64,000 nucleotides of DNA from Leucoraja erinacea (GCF_028641065.1 NC_073385.1:48050001-48114000), one strand, 5' to 3'. Counted from the stretch's first letter, positions 36,877 through 49,677 are shown. Numbers and translations are program-made. Notes: a model not told the origin generated them from the sequence alone.

Positions 36877-38959
36877 GAAGCTCTGGGGTTTTAGATGCTC
36901 TCTGGTGCATTCTGAGCCTTATATTGGAGCATTTTTGCACCAAATTTATGAGCAATATTTCAGAAATAATTTTGGTCAAGAGTAATAAGTGGGTGGAATG
37001 GGATGATTGGGATCATTGTTGTATACATTTTCTAAGATCAAGAATTGAAGTTGGCCTTGTTTTAATAATCAAGTTGTACTGTTGTAAAATGTTATGTAAA
37101 ATGCTATAAAGGAGCTTGCAAAAACTGCAAATAAAATATAAGTTTTTGCAGTAAAAAAAAACCTTGTTTTAGAAAATGTTTTGTGTGTTGATTTGATTGC
37201 CTGTTACTGTTAGACTGTGTTAGTGTGTGCATTGTACCTATAATGGATCTCCAGACCTAACAACTTCACATCACATCCATTTCAACATGGAATAGTGATG
37301 TGAATACAACATTTAGTTCGACTTCAATTTCCATCATGAAAATTGAAGTCAAACTAAATGATGCATTTACATTATCGCTTTCAAACTAACCTATTTTACT
37401 GTCATATTATTATAACAAATTCTAGTTCCATGTTGACTCATAAACAAGATCACAAATCACATTTTGAATTCTCAAACACAATGTGATTGTGATTAATTGC
37501 AGAGCTGCCAAGTTTCACCGAGCATTTCCGTATTTTGATGGCTGAAAATCAGTATTTTGTTGGGGAAATCGGTATTTCTCACATAAATGCAATAGAATAT
37601 ACTAAGCAGAAATTGGATTTTTGAAAATCAGTATTTTGCATGCAACCTCATGTATTCTCAAATATCAGTATGGAATACTGAAAATCAGCACTACTGAATT
37701 GTGAAACCAGTTTTGAAATGTGAATTTATAATTCTTGATTTTGATTCAATAACATATAGAATATATTATAACATCGCTATACTTATAAAACTCTGATCTT
37801 GCATGTGTGTGTGTGTGTGGGATCACATCTTCTCGAAAACATGTTGCGGTAACGGTAACATTTTTACATATTCCGGTAGAGATTTTTGTAATCTCACTTT
37901 CCTCACCAACTCTCTACACGTTAGGGGCAATTTTACAGAGACAATTTAACAAGTTGGGATGTGGGAGGAAACCCACAAGCTTGCAGGGAGAATGTGCAAA
38001 TTTAACACAGACAGGTCCGAGGACAGGATGGAACACAGATCGCTGGCATGTGAGGCAGCAAGTCCACCAGCTGTACCACTATATTTTATTTTCCAACACA
38101 CAAAAAATTATACGTTGATAACTTTGGCTATAAAAAAAAAAGAAACTATCCATTTTCAGTCTTAAATCTCTAAGTGACGCTATGTCCTCCTTTACAGCTA
38201 CTGTATGTTTTTGTTCAGTTCAAGACTATGCGGAAGAACATTGGCCATAAAGTTACTGCCTAAAATTGCCAGAGACCCGGAATTGATCCTGAATATGGGT
38301 GCTGTCTGTATGGAATTTGCTCCTTTTCCCTTTGATCACATGGGTTTTCTCCGGGTGCTCTTGTTTCCTTCCAAATTCCAAAGGTGCAGGAACCTTTTTC
38401 GGACCCAACCCAAAACGTAATATTTTCCTTTTGTCCAGAGATTCTGGCTGATCTGTTGAGTTACTCCAGCTTTTTGTATCTATCTTCAGTTTAAACCAGC
38501 ATCTGCAGTTCCTTCCTACACACACACGATAATATACAATAGAATTTTATTAATCCCAATAGGGAAATTGTGTGTGTTCGGTGGGCCGAAGGGCCTGTTT
38601 CTTTAAATTAAACTAAAAACACTAAAACCACAGGAAATCTAAAGAAGGGTCTCTACCCAAAACGTCATCCAATTTCTTCTATCCAGAGATGCTGGCTGCT
38701 CCATGGAGTTTCCCCGCACAATTAAAGCATGGAATAGTCTTCACCCTACCATAGTTACTGAACCAGATGCAACTACATTTAGGGTAGCTCTTTTTTCCCC
38801 AAGAACCCTTTTTTGCTGAAGTCCAAGTCAAGAGTCAAGAGAGTTTTATTGTCATGTGTCCCAGATAGGACAATGAAATTCTTGCTTGCTGCAGCACAAC
38901 AGAATATGTAAACATAATACAGAACAGGAGATAAAAGTTCAGTGTGTCTATGTGCAGTG

Positions 38960-40460
38960 TAGCTGCTGCTGCTGTTTGCGCCGGCGATGGCGGCCACGGT
39001 GTACTGCTCCTTGTTGTTTTGTATGTGTTTGTTCGTTTGTGTCATCTGTGAAAACTCTACAAAGATTATTTTCACGAGAGAGGTACTCATAAACATCGGA
39101 CCTACAGTACCTCCAAACATCGTTCCGGATTTCTCTCACTCGCTGGATTATTTGGACATACTCGTCGGCGGGGCTGTGACTGCATTCAAGGTCTTGAGAC
39201 GGAGGAGGACCCATGGGAAGCGCACTGGAGCACACACCCGACTCCGGTGACGAGGATTACGCACACCACTGCTGAGCATATTCCTGGCAAACGTACGTTC
39301 TCTCAAGAACAAAGTGAACGAACTGCAACTTGTGCATCTGACAAACAAGGACTTCTCTCGAGCTGCTGCCCTGTGTTTCACCGAGACCCGGCTTTGTGAG
39401 TCGACCCCGGACAGCGCGCTGCAACTGGCTGGCTTCCAACTTCACAGAGCGGATCGCGAAGTGGAGGCAGAGGGGAAATCAAGATGCTTCTATACCAACC
39501 AGGACTGGTGCAGCGACATCACGGTACTGTCAAATTTCTGCTTTCCCAACCAAGAATCCTTCTTTATAAACTGCAAACCCTTCTACTCTCCGAGAGAATT
39601 TACTTATTTTATTCTTACTGGAGTTTACATTCCCCCCCCCCCCCAAGCCTGCATACGTGAGGCGCAAATGCAACTCGCTGACCAGGTAATGAGGGTAGAG
39701 AGTGACTTCCTGGACTCCATGGTCATTGTTTTGGGGGACTTTAACAAAGGTAACCTCAGCCTTGACCTTCCAAAACACAGACTTCATGTTACCTGCCCCA
39801 CCAGAGGGGAGAGAAAACTTGCTCACTGTTACACGGCAATCAAGAACGCATATCGCTCTGTTCCCCGGGTGGGTCTGGGTCTCTCTGATCATTGCATAGT
39901 TCACCTTATTCCGACCTACAGGCAGAAACTAAAAGCTGCTAAGCCTGTGGTCAGAACAACGAAAAGGTGGACAAGCAAGGGCATTGAGAACCTACAATCC
40001 TGCTTTGACTGCACGGATTGGAATGTGTTCAGGGAAGCAACCACAAGCCTCGATGAGTATACGGACATTCTATCATCAAATGTGAGCTTTTGCGAGGACA
40101 GTTGCATTCCAACTAAGGCCCGGACATGGTTCAACAACAACAAGCCCTGGTTCACTGCAGAACTCAGACAGCTCCGATGGTCTAAAGAGGAGGCCTACAG
40201 GAGTGGGGGTGCAGACCTCTACAGGCAGGTCAAGTACAAGCTGAGAAGAGGAATCAGAGCTGCCAAAGAAAGGTACTCTGAGAAGTTGAGGAGCAAGCTC
40301 CCAGCTAGTGACTCTTCTTCAGTTTGGAAGGGCTTGCAAGAATTACCAGCTATAAGAGGAAAGCCCCCCCGCCCTTGTCAAGCATCTCAGGTTTGCGGAT
40401 GACACAACCCTGATTGGACTGATCCAGGATGGGGAGGAATCTGCCTACAGACAGGAAGTG
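38960..40460 (+). mobile_element. Rex1/Babar-type LINE: APE domain plus a short RT piece, internally deleted and 3'-truncated
   Basis: LANVRSLKNKVNEL, LCFTETRL, VLGDFN, SDHCIV, NNKPWF in or near ORF 39314-40402; then FADDTTLIGLIQDGEESAYRQEV at ~40392-40460. Confidence 0.88.
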
Positions 40461-40475
40461 TCTGTAGGCAGATTC

Positions 40476-41003
40476 TAATCCTAATTTGAGGAAGTTTCTA
40501 TTATTGCTTTTGAGGATGTGCAGCGTAGGTTCACCAGGTTTATTCTCGGGATGGCAGGACTGACATATGATGAAAGAATGGGTCGACTGGGCTTGTATTC
40601 ACTGGAATTTAGGATGAGGGGGGATCTTAGAGAAACATTTATGTCAAAGGATTTGACAGGCAAGATGCAAGGAAAATGTTGACGATGATGGGGGAGTCCA
40701 GAACCAGGGTTCATAGTTTAAAAATAAGGGGTAGGCCATTTAGGACTGAGATGAGGAAACATGTTTTCACCTAAAGAGTTGTGAATCTGTGGAATTCTCT
40801 GCTACAGAAGGCAGTGGAGGCCAATTCACTGGATGTTTTCAAGAGAGGGTTAGATTTAGCTCTTAGGGCTAAAGGAATCAAGGGATATGGGGAAAAATCA
40901 GGAACAGGGTACTGATTTTAGATGGTTAGCCATGATCATATTGAAAGGCGGTGCTGACTCGAAAGGACAAAATGCCTACTGCACCTATTTTTCTATGTTT
41001 CTA
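40476..41003 (+). mobile_element. CR1 LINE 3' fragment
   Basis: cctaatttgagg..gtgcagcgtaggttcaccagg..gttgtgaatctgtggaattctct..tttctatgtttcta tail. Confidence 0.9.
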
Positions 41004-41094
41004 CATTGTGTCAACGTTAAGTAAATGTATGATCGTGTATATAAACAATAAGTACAATTAAAACCTGAAGTACTAACAAATGGGCTTCTCACAG

Positions 41095-41250
41095 GTGCTC
41101 GAGTAATCATGGCCTGCAGAGATTTGACCAAGGGAGAAACTGCAGCTCAAGAGATTCGTGAAGTCACTGGAAATAAACACGTCATTGTTCGGGAACTGGA
41201 TTTAGCCAATACCAAGTCCATATACCAGTTTGCTGAAAATCTCACTCAAG
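41095..41250 (+). CDS. RDH12: RDH12-like, third coding exon equivalent
   Basis: (G)ARVIMACRDLTKGETAAQEIREVTGNKHVIVRELDLANTKSIYQFAENLTQ; acag/gtaatt. Confidence 0.93.
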
Positions 41251-42170
41251 GTAATTCATCCCTACGAGTAATATTTTTATTTATTTAATACTAACCAGTT
41301 GTGACCATTTAAATTGATCAAGGAATGTAAAAAGTTGAAATATTCTGCTGACATATCACTCAAGATTGGGATTAATTCATGAAGATAAAGTTCCAATTAA
41401 TGACAATAATATTGAACAGTTACTACATTTTAATATTTACTAACAAATCTAACAAGGTAGACAAATTATTGAAAACAAGATTTTTAAAAACAAGATAAAG
41501 AAAAAGATTTTAAAACATGCGTCTGTTAATAGAGAGTGTTGGGGATTAATTGATAAACCAAACACAATGGATATCCTGAGATCCTGAAAGAAGAAGCCAA
41601 GCGTCTCAAAAAATTCAAGGAATGCAACTTTGAATACGGGTGTGGTCATTATTATAAAAATAGTTATAGAAGTATAGGAGGCAGTGCCAAAAAACAATTA
41701 ACAAGAACTATGCTGGAAGTGAGATTATAACTATAAGAAGGGACTGAACATGCTGGGCTCTGTTCTGCAGAAAGGAAAAGAGCGAGTATGGCCCAGAAGA
41801 GTTCATTCAGATTTAAGGCTTTAATAGAGCACATGGAGAGAGGATGCCTGCCGTAGTCAAGACCAGAACGAGTGAATATAAAATGGTTACTAATACATCC
41901 AATAATGAACTCAGGAGACACTCTTTTGGCCGACAAGCTGTACAGATAAATGCCCTGGTATTTATGAAGATTAATGAAAAAGGAATGCAATAAATATACT
42001 AACCAGCTTGGATGAAGAAGCTGGTTTTGGAGTATGAAGCAGAAGGACCCATCAATTCATGGAAGGACCCATGAAGGTCATCAATTTGTTGCATGATTTA
42101 TTTTTTATATTCTCTACACTGGCTGGTCTCAGTTGCTACCTACTGGTATTTCAAAGCATCACATACAGAA

Positions 42171-42207
42171 AGGTCTGAAGAAGGGTCTCAACCCGAAAAC
42201 ATCACCT
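42171..42207 (+). ncRNA. Minimal hammerhead ribozyme-like motif in a Penelope-derived repeat
   Basis: AGGT-CTGAAGA-AGGGTCTCAACCC-GAAA-AC-ATC-ACCT: conserved core boxes, stem II, and AGGT/ACCT stem I. Confidence 0.5.
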
Positions 42208-43682
42208 ATTCCTTTTCTCCAGAGATGTTGTCTGACTCGTTACTCCAGCTTTTTGTGTCAATCTTTGGTTTAAATCAGCATCTGCAGTTGTTTCCTACAC
42301 ATCAGGAAGGGTGATAGATTCAGCTCATGAAAACCCAAATTTAATTGTGATATATTTTAGGCAAACATCTATCATGGAATGATGAACCTTTGTGAAAACT
42401 GGAACACATTTCAACCTACTGTGTAAATGCTAGCTGATATATAGAACTGTTTAGGTTATTCCCAGTTCAATTGAGGGTATGGGGAGAAGGCAGGAACGGG
42501 GTACTGATTGGGGATGATCAGCCATGATCACATTGAATAGCTCGAAGGGCCAAATGGCCTATTCCTGCACCTATTGTCTATAATTGCAGCCTCTTATGAG
42601 TTATATTCCACGAAATAAATGTACCATTAGACATTCATGTTGGAATTTTTCACCAAAGTCCACAAAACACACTCTCCTGCTGCGTTTAAAGTCAACAAGG
42701 TGGATTGATAACAGGTTAACCAATCCTCTCCATCCTGCCTGTCATGATATGCAGCCTTAATTTAAAGAGTGCTAGGCTATCATTAAAGCAACGCAGCATG
42801 TAAGTGAAGTGTACATTTCATGCCTTTATTGCTAATCTTAATGTCACTGGACATGAAGACTGTTAAAAGATTGGAAATGGTGGCTCTGAATGTCCAGGTA
42901 CAAGAGAGCCACCATGTTCACCTTCTACATGCACATTGACTCTGCCTCACTATTTCCTAGTCTCTAAGATTAATTTCTCTGCCAACTCCATTTTCCTACC
43001 CAGTTACCATATTCCGTAACTTCCTTGCTGTCCAGAATTTAAAAAAAAAAAAAATCACCCAATGCTCTATGGAGTGGAGCATCTCAAAGATTTGCATCCT
43101 CTTTGGAAGTAATTTTTTTCATTTTGAACTTCGCTCTTTGAATTACAGAATTGTAATAATTAAAGATTAGAACACAATTCTGAGCCCATAACCATGGCAG
43201 ATGAAAGAGCATCTCAGCAGCATTACCAGGATTGTTTTTGTCAGTGTCTTATTTCTTATTGCAGAGAAGCAAAACTGAGCAAAAGTGTCCAAAACCTAAC
43301 TAACCCTTGGTAATAAGGCATAAACCCTGATAATCTGTCAGCATTTCAAAGAGAGAAATCAGCAAGAAGATGTAGGATTCTAAAAATAATAATGTCCAGG
43401 TTCAGGAATAGCTTCTTCCAACAACCATCAGGCTATTGAACACTACCAACGTCCAATAAACTCTGAACTATGAGCTGCTTGTGTTGCACTAGGGATTTAT
43501 TTTTTGTTTTTATATGCATAATTTTTTTTTTATTGATCTTCATTTTCTATGTTTTTTTTAAATACTATTATCTATTGTGTACTATGTTCACAAACCTGTT
43601 GTGCTGCTGCAAGTAAGAATTTCATTGTTCTGTTTTGGTTTATGTGACTTATTTTCTACTGCCCAATTCTATTTAATGACAG

Positions 43683-43787
43683 AGGAAAAAGTAATCAGCA
43701 TTTTGATCAACAATGCCGGAGTGATGATGTGCCCCTTCACGAAGACAAGTGATGGGTTTGAGATGCAATTTGGTGTAAACCACCTGG
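43683..43787 (+). CDS. RDH12: RDH12-like, fourth coding exon equivalent
   Basis: [36 protein letters not shown] (SDR NNAG motif). Confidence 0.95.
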
Positions 43788-43929
43788 GTAAGTTGTTAAC
43801 AAGTTCTGTGTAATCTTGTTATGGGTAAACTGGCTGATGGATTTAGCTGTATCACAAAAGTGCAATGTATCAAAAACAATTAGTTGACTGAGATATGTCT
43901 TGGGAGATTCTTAATCAGAGAACTGTTAC

Positions 43930-44760
43930 AGCCCTTTGGCGCACCCTATCCATGCCAAAAGTTGACATTCTGCACTCGTCCCATTAGCTCGCAACTTGCC
44001 CATATCCCTCTAAACTCCCTCCTATCCATATATCTGGTCTAATATCTTTTGAAAGTCAGAATAGCATTTGCATTTATTGCTTCCTCTGGCAGCTCATTCC
44101 AGTTACAGACTACCTTCTGAGTAAAAAAGTTGTCTCTGAGGTTCCTCTTAAATCTCTCTCCTCTCACCTTAATCCAATGCCCTCAAGTTTTTGAAAACTC
44201 TACCCTGGGAAAAAGAGCGTAAGCATTCACTTTATCCATGCCCCTCATGATTTTGTACATTTCAATAAGGTTACCCCTCAGCCTTCTGCGCTTCAAAGAA
44301 AATATATCCCAACCTATCCAGCCTTTGCATGTAACTCAAGCCCACACATCCGGGTAACATCCTGGTGAATCTTTTCTGTTCCCTTTCGAACTTAATAACA
44401 TCATTCATATAGCTGGGTGACCAGAATCGCACACAGTGCTCCAAGTGTGGTCTTACCTATAACTTGTCCAGCTCCATCATGATATCCCACTTCTGTTCTT
44501 CACTAAGGAAGGCAAGTGTGCCAAATGTCTCTTGTCCACTGTCCACCCGACCTGCCATTTTCATGGAATCATGCACTTGAACTCCCAGCTCTCTCTGCTC
44601 TACAATACTGTGCAGGCCTCTACCATTTTCAGGCAAAACACAGTCTGACGTGCCAAAGTGCATTACCTCACACTTATCAGTGTTAAATTCCATTTTCCAT
44701 TCCTTGGCCAATCTGCAGAACCGATTTAGATCCTGTTGTAAATTTCAATATCCTTCCATC
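43930..44760 (-). mobile_element. Degenerate CR1-clade LINE
   Basis: WKMEFNTDKCEVMHFG..QRELGVQVH (ORF 44457-44711). Confidence 0.8.
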
Positions 44761-46265
44761 CTTTTATTATTTCATTGTTAATGAAACCCTACTTTTAACA
44801 TTCTGTTCTCTCTTGTCAAAAAATAAAGTATTCTAGAATATTTATTTCCCGACTTTGGTTATCATGCCCGAAAATAAAAGTAATTGCTACATGATCAAAT
44901 CCTTAAATGTCTCTTTGGTCCGTAAATTCTTTTTGTTCCGATTGTGTTTTGATTTTTGGTGTAGTATTTTAAATGTTACCTATTTTTCATCTTATTATGC
45001 CTTTTACTGTTACTAAACTCTTTGACCCTTCCTGATATAATTGTTTAACTTTATCCAAATTACTATTCTGCTATTCAGATTTACTATTCTCTTCATACTT
45101 ATAAATTACTATACATAAATACTTTATTACTTTAATTAACTTTACAGTTGTATTTAATCAAAATAGATATGAAGATGAACCTTTGTATTTCTGTTTGACC
45201 CATTACAAATCTTGTTGTTAAAAAAAACAAAAATCATAGATTTAAAAATTTGATTGTGTAAAACCCAAATACTTGTTGTCCTGACCCCTTTAAAGAATTC
45301 CAAGGTGAAATAATCTTATCTGCAATCTAACAAGAGGACACAAATACCCAAGTGTGAAATTCAATTCCAGCAAGAATACAAATAGTTCTCCAACTCATTC
45401 AGTCTTCTTTTCCATTGAAGTCCACAAAGTTAAATTTCAACTGACTAATCCAGCCGGGTACTTCATGGATAGGCTTCATCCTTATGGATGAAGTCTTCTG
45501 AATGAGTTGCTAAATGAAGCCCCTTTCATGATGCATAAGTCACCGACTAGTGTTCATAGAACAGACTAATGTTTCTCTATTTGGAACCACCAAAAAGAAA
45601 AAGCAGATGAGTGTTGTTTAGCACATTGGTCCTTCAGCCCATTCTGTACACATTTGGCTTGAAAGTAATAACAATTACACCACCAATTACATGTATTGTT
45701 GTGAACTGCTTCCAAGACCATGAGTAATTAGGTGCTTGTAGAAACAAGAAACTACAGATGCTGGTTCACAAAAAGACACAAAGTGCTGAAGTAACTTCAG
45801 TAATTCAACAAGTCAAGCAGTATCCCTGGAGAACATGAATAGGTGACACTTCAGGTGGGAACCCAGGAGAAAGGTCCCGACCCGAAACGTTACCTATCTA
45901 TGCTCTTCAGCAATGCTGTCTGACCCACTGAGTTACTCCAGGGCTTTGCTTTTTTTTTTGTTGTAATAAGGTGCTTGCTGAGTATGTCTTTTTTAAACTT
46001 CTGGGCATAAAAATCCTCTAAATTTAATTACTGTTAATATACTGATCCAAGTATTGCACCACTTAGTAAGAATGATGAATTTATAATTGAATGGCTGGAG
46101 GGAAGAAGCTGTTCCTGAACCTGGACTTTAGTTTTCAGGCTCCAGTACCTTCTTCCCAATGGCAGGGGTGAAATGAATATGTGACCAGGGCGGTGTGGCT
46201 CTCTGATTATGCTAGCTGCAGAATCTAAAATCAATGATGATGTTGTATTATTTGCATTTCTTTAG

Positions 46266-46475
46266 GACATTTCTTGTTGACCTTCCTGCTTATCAATCTC
46301 ATTAAAAGATCAGCACCCGCTCGCATTGTTAATATATCGTCCTTGGCTCACAACTTTGGCCGAATCAATTTTAATGATCTGCAGAGTGAGAAGAGTTATG
46401 ACGGGAGTTCTGCTTACTGCCAGAGCAAACTAGCAAACGTACTGTTCACTCGGGAATTGGCCAAGCGTCTGAAAG
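46266..46475 (+). CDS. RDH12: RDH12-like, fifth coding exon equivalent (catalytic YxxxK)
   Basis: [49 protein letters not shown]. Confidence 0.96.
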
Positions 46476-46994
46476 GTATGCTGCAAATATTATCTCCAAA
46501 ATATCACTAAAATAGTTACAGAAATTGCCTGTCCCTAGTGATTGGTTTATTTCAAAAAGGTACAGCAAATTAGGGTTCAGTTTGCCTTTACGCTATGAAT
46601 CTGATGTCCCTGCATCTTTCATCTAACAGATGCTAATAGATAATCCATTAATACTGATTAATAGAGTCCCAGTGTACAAGCATTGCAACAGTCTTTACTT
46701 TGCTGGTGGTAAGAAGCTTAGTGGCTTTAAAGCTGTGATCCAAAGTGGAGACATACAAACAGATATATCCCAGTTCCTCATCACAAAATGCTGGTAAATA
46801 CACATAGGATTCCCAAACATTAACTGACAAGCTACCTGCGCCAATTAGGAAAACGGTCAATTTCTCAATTATTCAGTTAGCGAAGGCAAGTGGGTTGCTG
46901 TGATGCATGCAGTGTAAGGCAGTGTGAAGGCTCTAGGTTTGATTGAGATGTCGGCTTATAAACTGGTGTAATACTCATGTTTTGCTTAATGCAG

Positions 46995-47184
46995 ACACCA
47001 AAGTCACAGTGAACTCTGTGCATCCAGGCTGCGTGAAATCAGAACTAACCAGACACTCCTGGGTCATGGCTCTGGCATGGAAGATTCTCACTTTCCTCAT
47101 CAAAACACCAAAACAGGGCGCACAGTCCAGCATATACTGTGCAGTTGCTGAAGAACTGGAAGAGGTTTCTGGTAAACATTTCAG
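46995..47184 (+). CDS. RDH12: RDH12-like, sixth coding exon equivalent
   Basis: (D)TKVTVNSVHPGCVKSELTRHS..IKTPKQGAQSSIYCAVAEELEEVSGKHF(S). Confidence 0.95.
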
Positions 47185-47441
47185 GTTTGTAACTTACATG
47201 TTTTTGTCATTTTAATTTAATAAACCTCTATGTGGGAAAATGAGAACAAGTACACAAAACTCCAGAGTGTCATACAGATCAAAAACAGGCCCTTAGGCCC
47301 AACTCGCCTATGCTGACGAGGATGCCCATCCATGCTAGTCCCATATGTCTGCTTCATGTTTCAATTAATTCAGCAATGATACAATTGGCCATTGCAGTCT
47401 GACTTGAATAGTTACATGGATAGGAAAGATTTGGAGGAATA

Positions 47442-49000
47442 CTAGATCGTGGGATCCGTTGGGTCCCGTCCCCCAATGGGGGGGGGGGGGGGGGGGGGGG
47501 GGGCACCCTCAGGGCACCCTCAGCATCACAGGGGAGGGCTAGTCCCTGAACACAATATTCCACCACGGACCCATAGGTCCCAATGCTCACCACTCCCTAG
47601 AGAGGAAGGGGGGGTAGAGAGGGAGGGGGAGGGGGGTAGAGAGAGAGGGAGAGGGGCAGTGAGGGTGGGGGTAGTGACGGTGGGGGTAGAGACCCAACCC
47701 CATCTCCCTCATCCTCCTCCCCTCACTCTCATTCCATGCTCCAGGACCAACCCAAGTCGTAGAGCAGCGCCAGGGCCTGGAACTCGGCCTGATTCTCCTA
47801 CTCGACCAAGCCCTGGCTGTAGACCTAGGTTTATCCTTGGGTCCAGCAGCAGCCCCTGGCTGTCAGCTCAGCCGCCGCCTGGGCTCCAGTGCAGTTCCGA
47901 CTTCACCGTCCCTGAGCCTGGACCCAAGCTTCGTTCCAGCGGCGGCTCCTTTATTGGCCCCTGTCATGGCACCGTCCCAAGCCCAGGGCTCGGCTCTCAC
48001 TCCAGCTCGAGCACCTGGCTCAGCTCCAGCCAAGGCCCACGGCGCCACCCTCGCCACCAGGTGTCGGGCGTCGGCAGCCGTCGCACGAGCACTGGAGTAC
48101 CCCTCCCTCCCAGTGTCCCGTTCTGCCTTGCAGGTTTTTTTTCCCGAATTCGGTGAGTTTTCGGGCAGGAGTGAAGGAGGGGGTAGTGTTAGAGAGGGAG
48201 GGGGGGTAGAGAGGGAGGGGAGGGAGAGAGAGAGGGGGTAGGGGGTAGAGGGGGAGGGGGTAGGGGAGAGAGACGGGGGGAGGGGGTAGAGAGGAAGAGG
48301 GAGAGGGTAGAGAGGGAGAGCGACGGGGGGAGAGGGTAGAGAGGGAGAGGGTAGAGAGGGGGGAGGGGAGGGGGAGGAAGGTAGAGAGGGAGGGTAGAGA
48401 AGGAGGCGGGTAGAGAGGGAGAGGGGCAGAGATGGAGGGGGGGTAGTGACCCCACATCATCTCCCTCCTCATTTCTCTCATCCTCCTCCCATTTCCTGCC
48501 GCAGCACCTACCCAGGTAGTAGAGCAGCGCCAGGGCCTGGAACTTGTCCTGGTTCTTGTACTTGACCCAGCCCTGGCTGGTTCTTGGTCGGTTTCTTTCT
48601 TGGTCATGGCCCCAACCCAAGCACCTGGCTCTGCCCTCACTCCAGCGTAGGCCCAGACCCAAGTGAGACTGTAGGCGGGCATGGACCCGAGGACCAGAGG
48701 ACTGCGTCAAGCAAAGGGAGTATTGGTTTCCCAAAAATTCCAGCGTGGTTCCCCCCCCCCCGAAGAGCCGGAGTACATTGTGATGTAATTCTTTTTTTTG
48801 GCAAAACAGTTGAGTCTGAGATGTGTTTAAAATTTCAATAATCAATAACTTTGGGAATATAGGTGGAAATGCGACGGGAATATGTTTATGACCTCCACAG
48901 GAATAAAAGTGAGTAGAATTTGTGAAAATGGGAAGGCTGTGGCCTAGCTTTTGTAAAGAAATGAGAATCAACCCAGACAGAGACGAATGAGCCAAAATGG
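47442..49000 (-). mobile_element. Non-autonomous Helitron with purine tracts and duplicated cargo
   Basis: Minus-strand 3' end GGGACCCAACGGATCCC-ACGAT-CTAG|T, the same terminus family as 21184. The 5' boundary is uncertain. Confidence 0.65.
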
Positions 49001-49677
49001 GCAAATGGGACAAGCTTAGATGGAGCATCCTGGTTGCATATCAAGTTGAGCTGAAAGGCCTAGATCTTTGCTATATGACTATGATTGTATTAACTAGAGA
49101 AATAGGAATGTGGAAAATCAGATTTAAAAATGTTGATTTTCAGTGAAATGCAGGGGAAGGATGGGAGAAAAAGCAGACAGATACAATACTGCCCTAAGTT
49201 GACAAAATGAAGCAAATGACAATTTTGTCAAAATTGAGGTATTGCTTGGTTTAGGGTATTTGAGATATGCTCTACACAATGGTAAACAAAATAAGTCTTC
49301 TCCGAGTACAATTTGAAAATATTTATCCCAGGAAGTAAGAAATTCCATCATAGAGAGTTGAAAGAAAAACACGTTTTCCTCATTTACAAGAAAAAGCCTT
49401 TCTGTCAGTTGCTTCCTTTTGTCAAAGTAGGACAGATACTCATCTTATGTGGTGCTGATTGCTGATAGCGATTAATAGCTATAAACAGCATCTATACATT
49501 TAGCAACGTACCAGAGACAAAGGTAAGCGAGAGGACAAGTTTGAAAAATAACGTTACCCTTTTCAGGAATGGTTAGCAAGATTTTGGGTCAGTTGCCAAT
49601 GTTGGTAAGGAAATGAATAACAAGAAAAGAGCTCTGCATCTTACTGTCTCCATTTCCACCATTGATTTTCTGTACAG

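Noticed and set aside
47449-49028. Long ORFs of 235, 220 and 279 aa
   Set aside because: Low-complexity Pro/Ser/Gly translations of G/GA tracts and GC-rich Helitron cargo inside an RDH intron.
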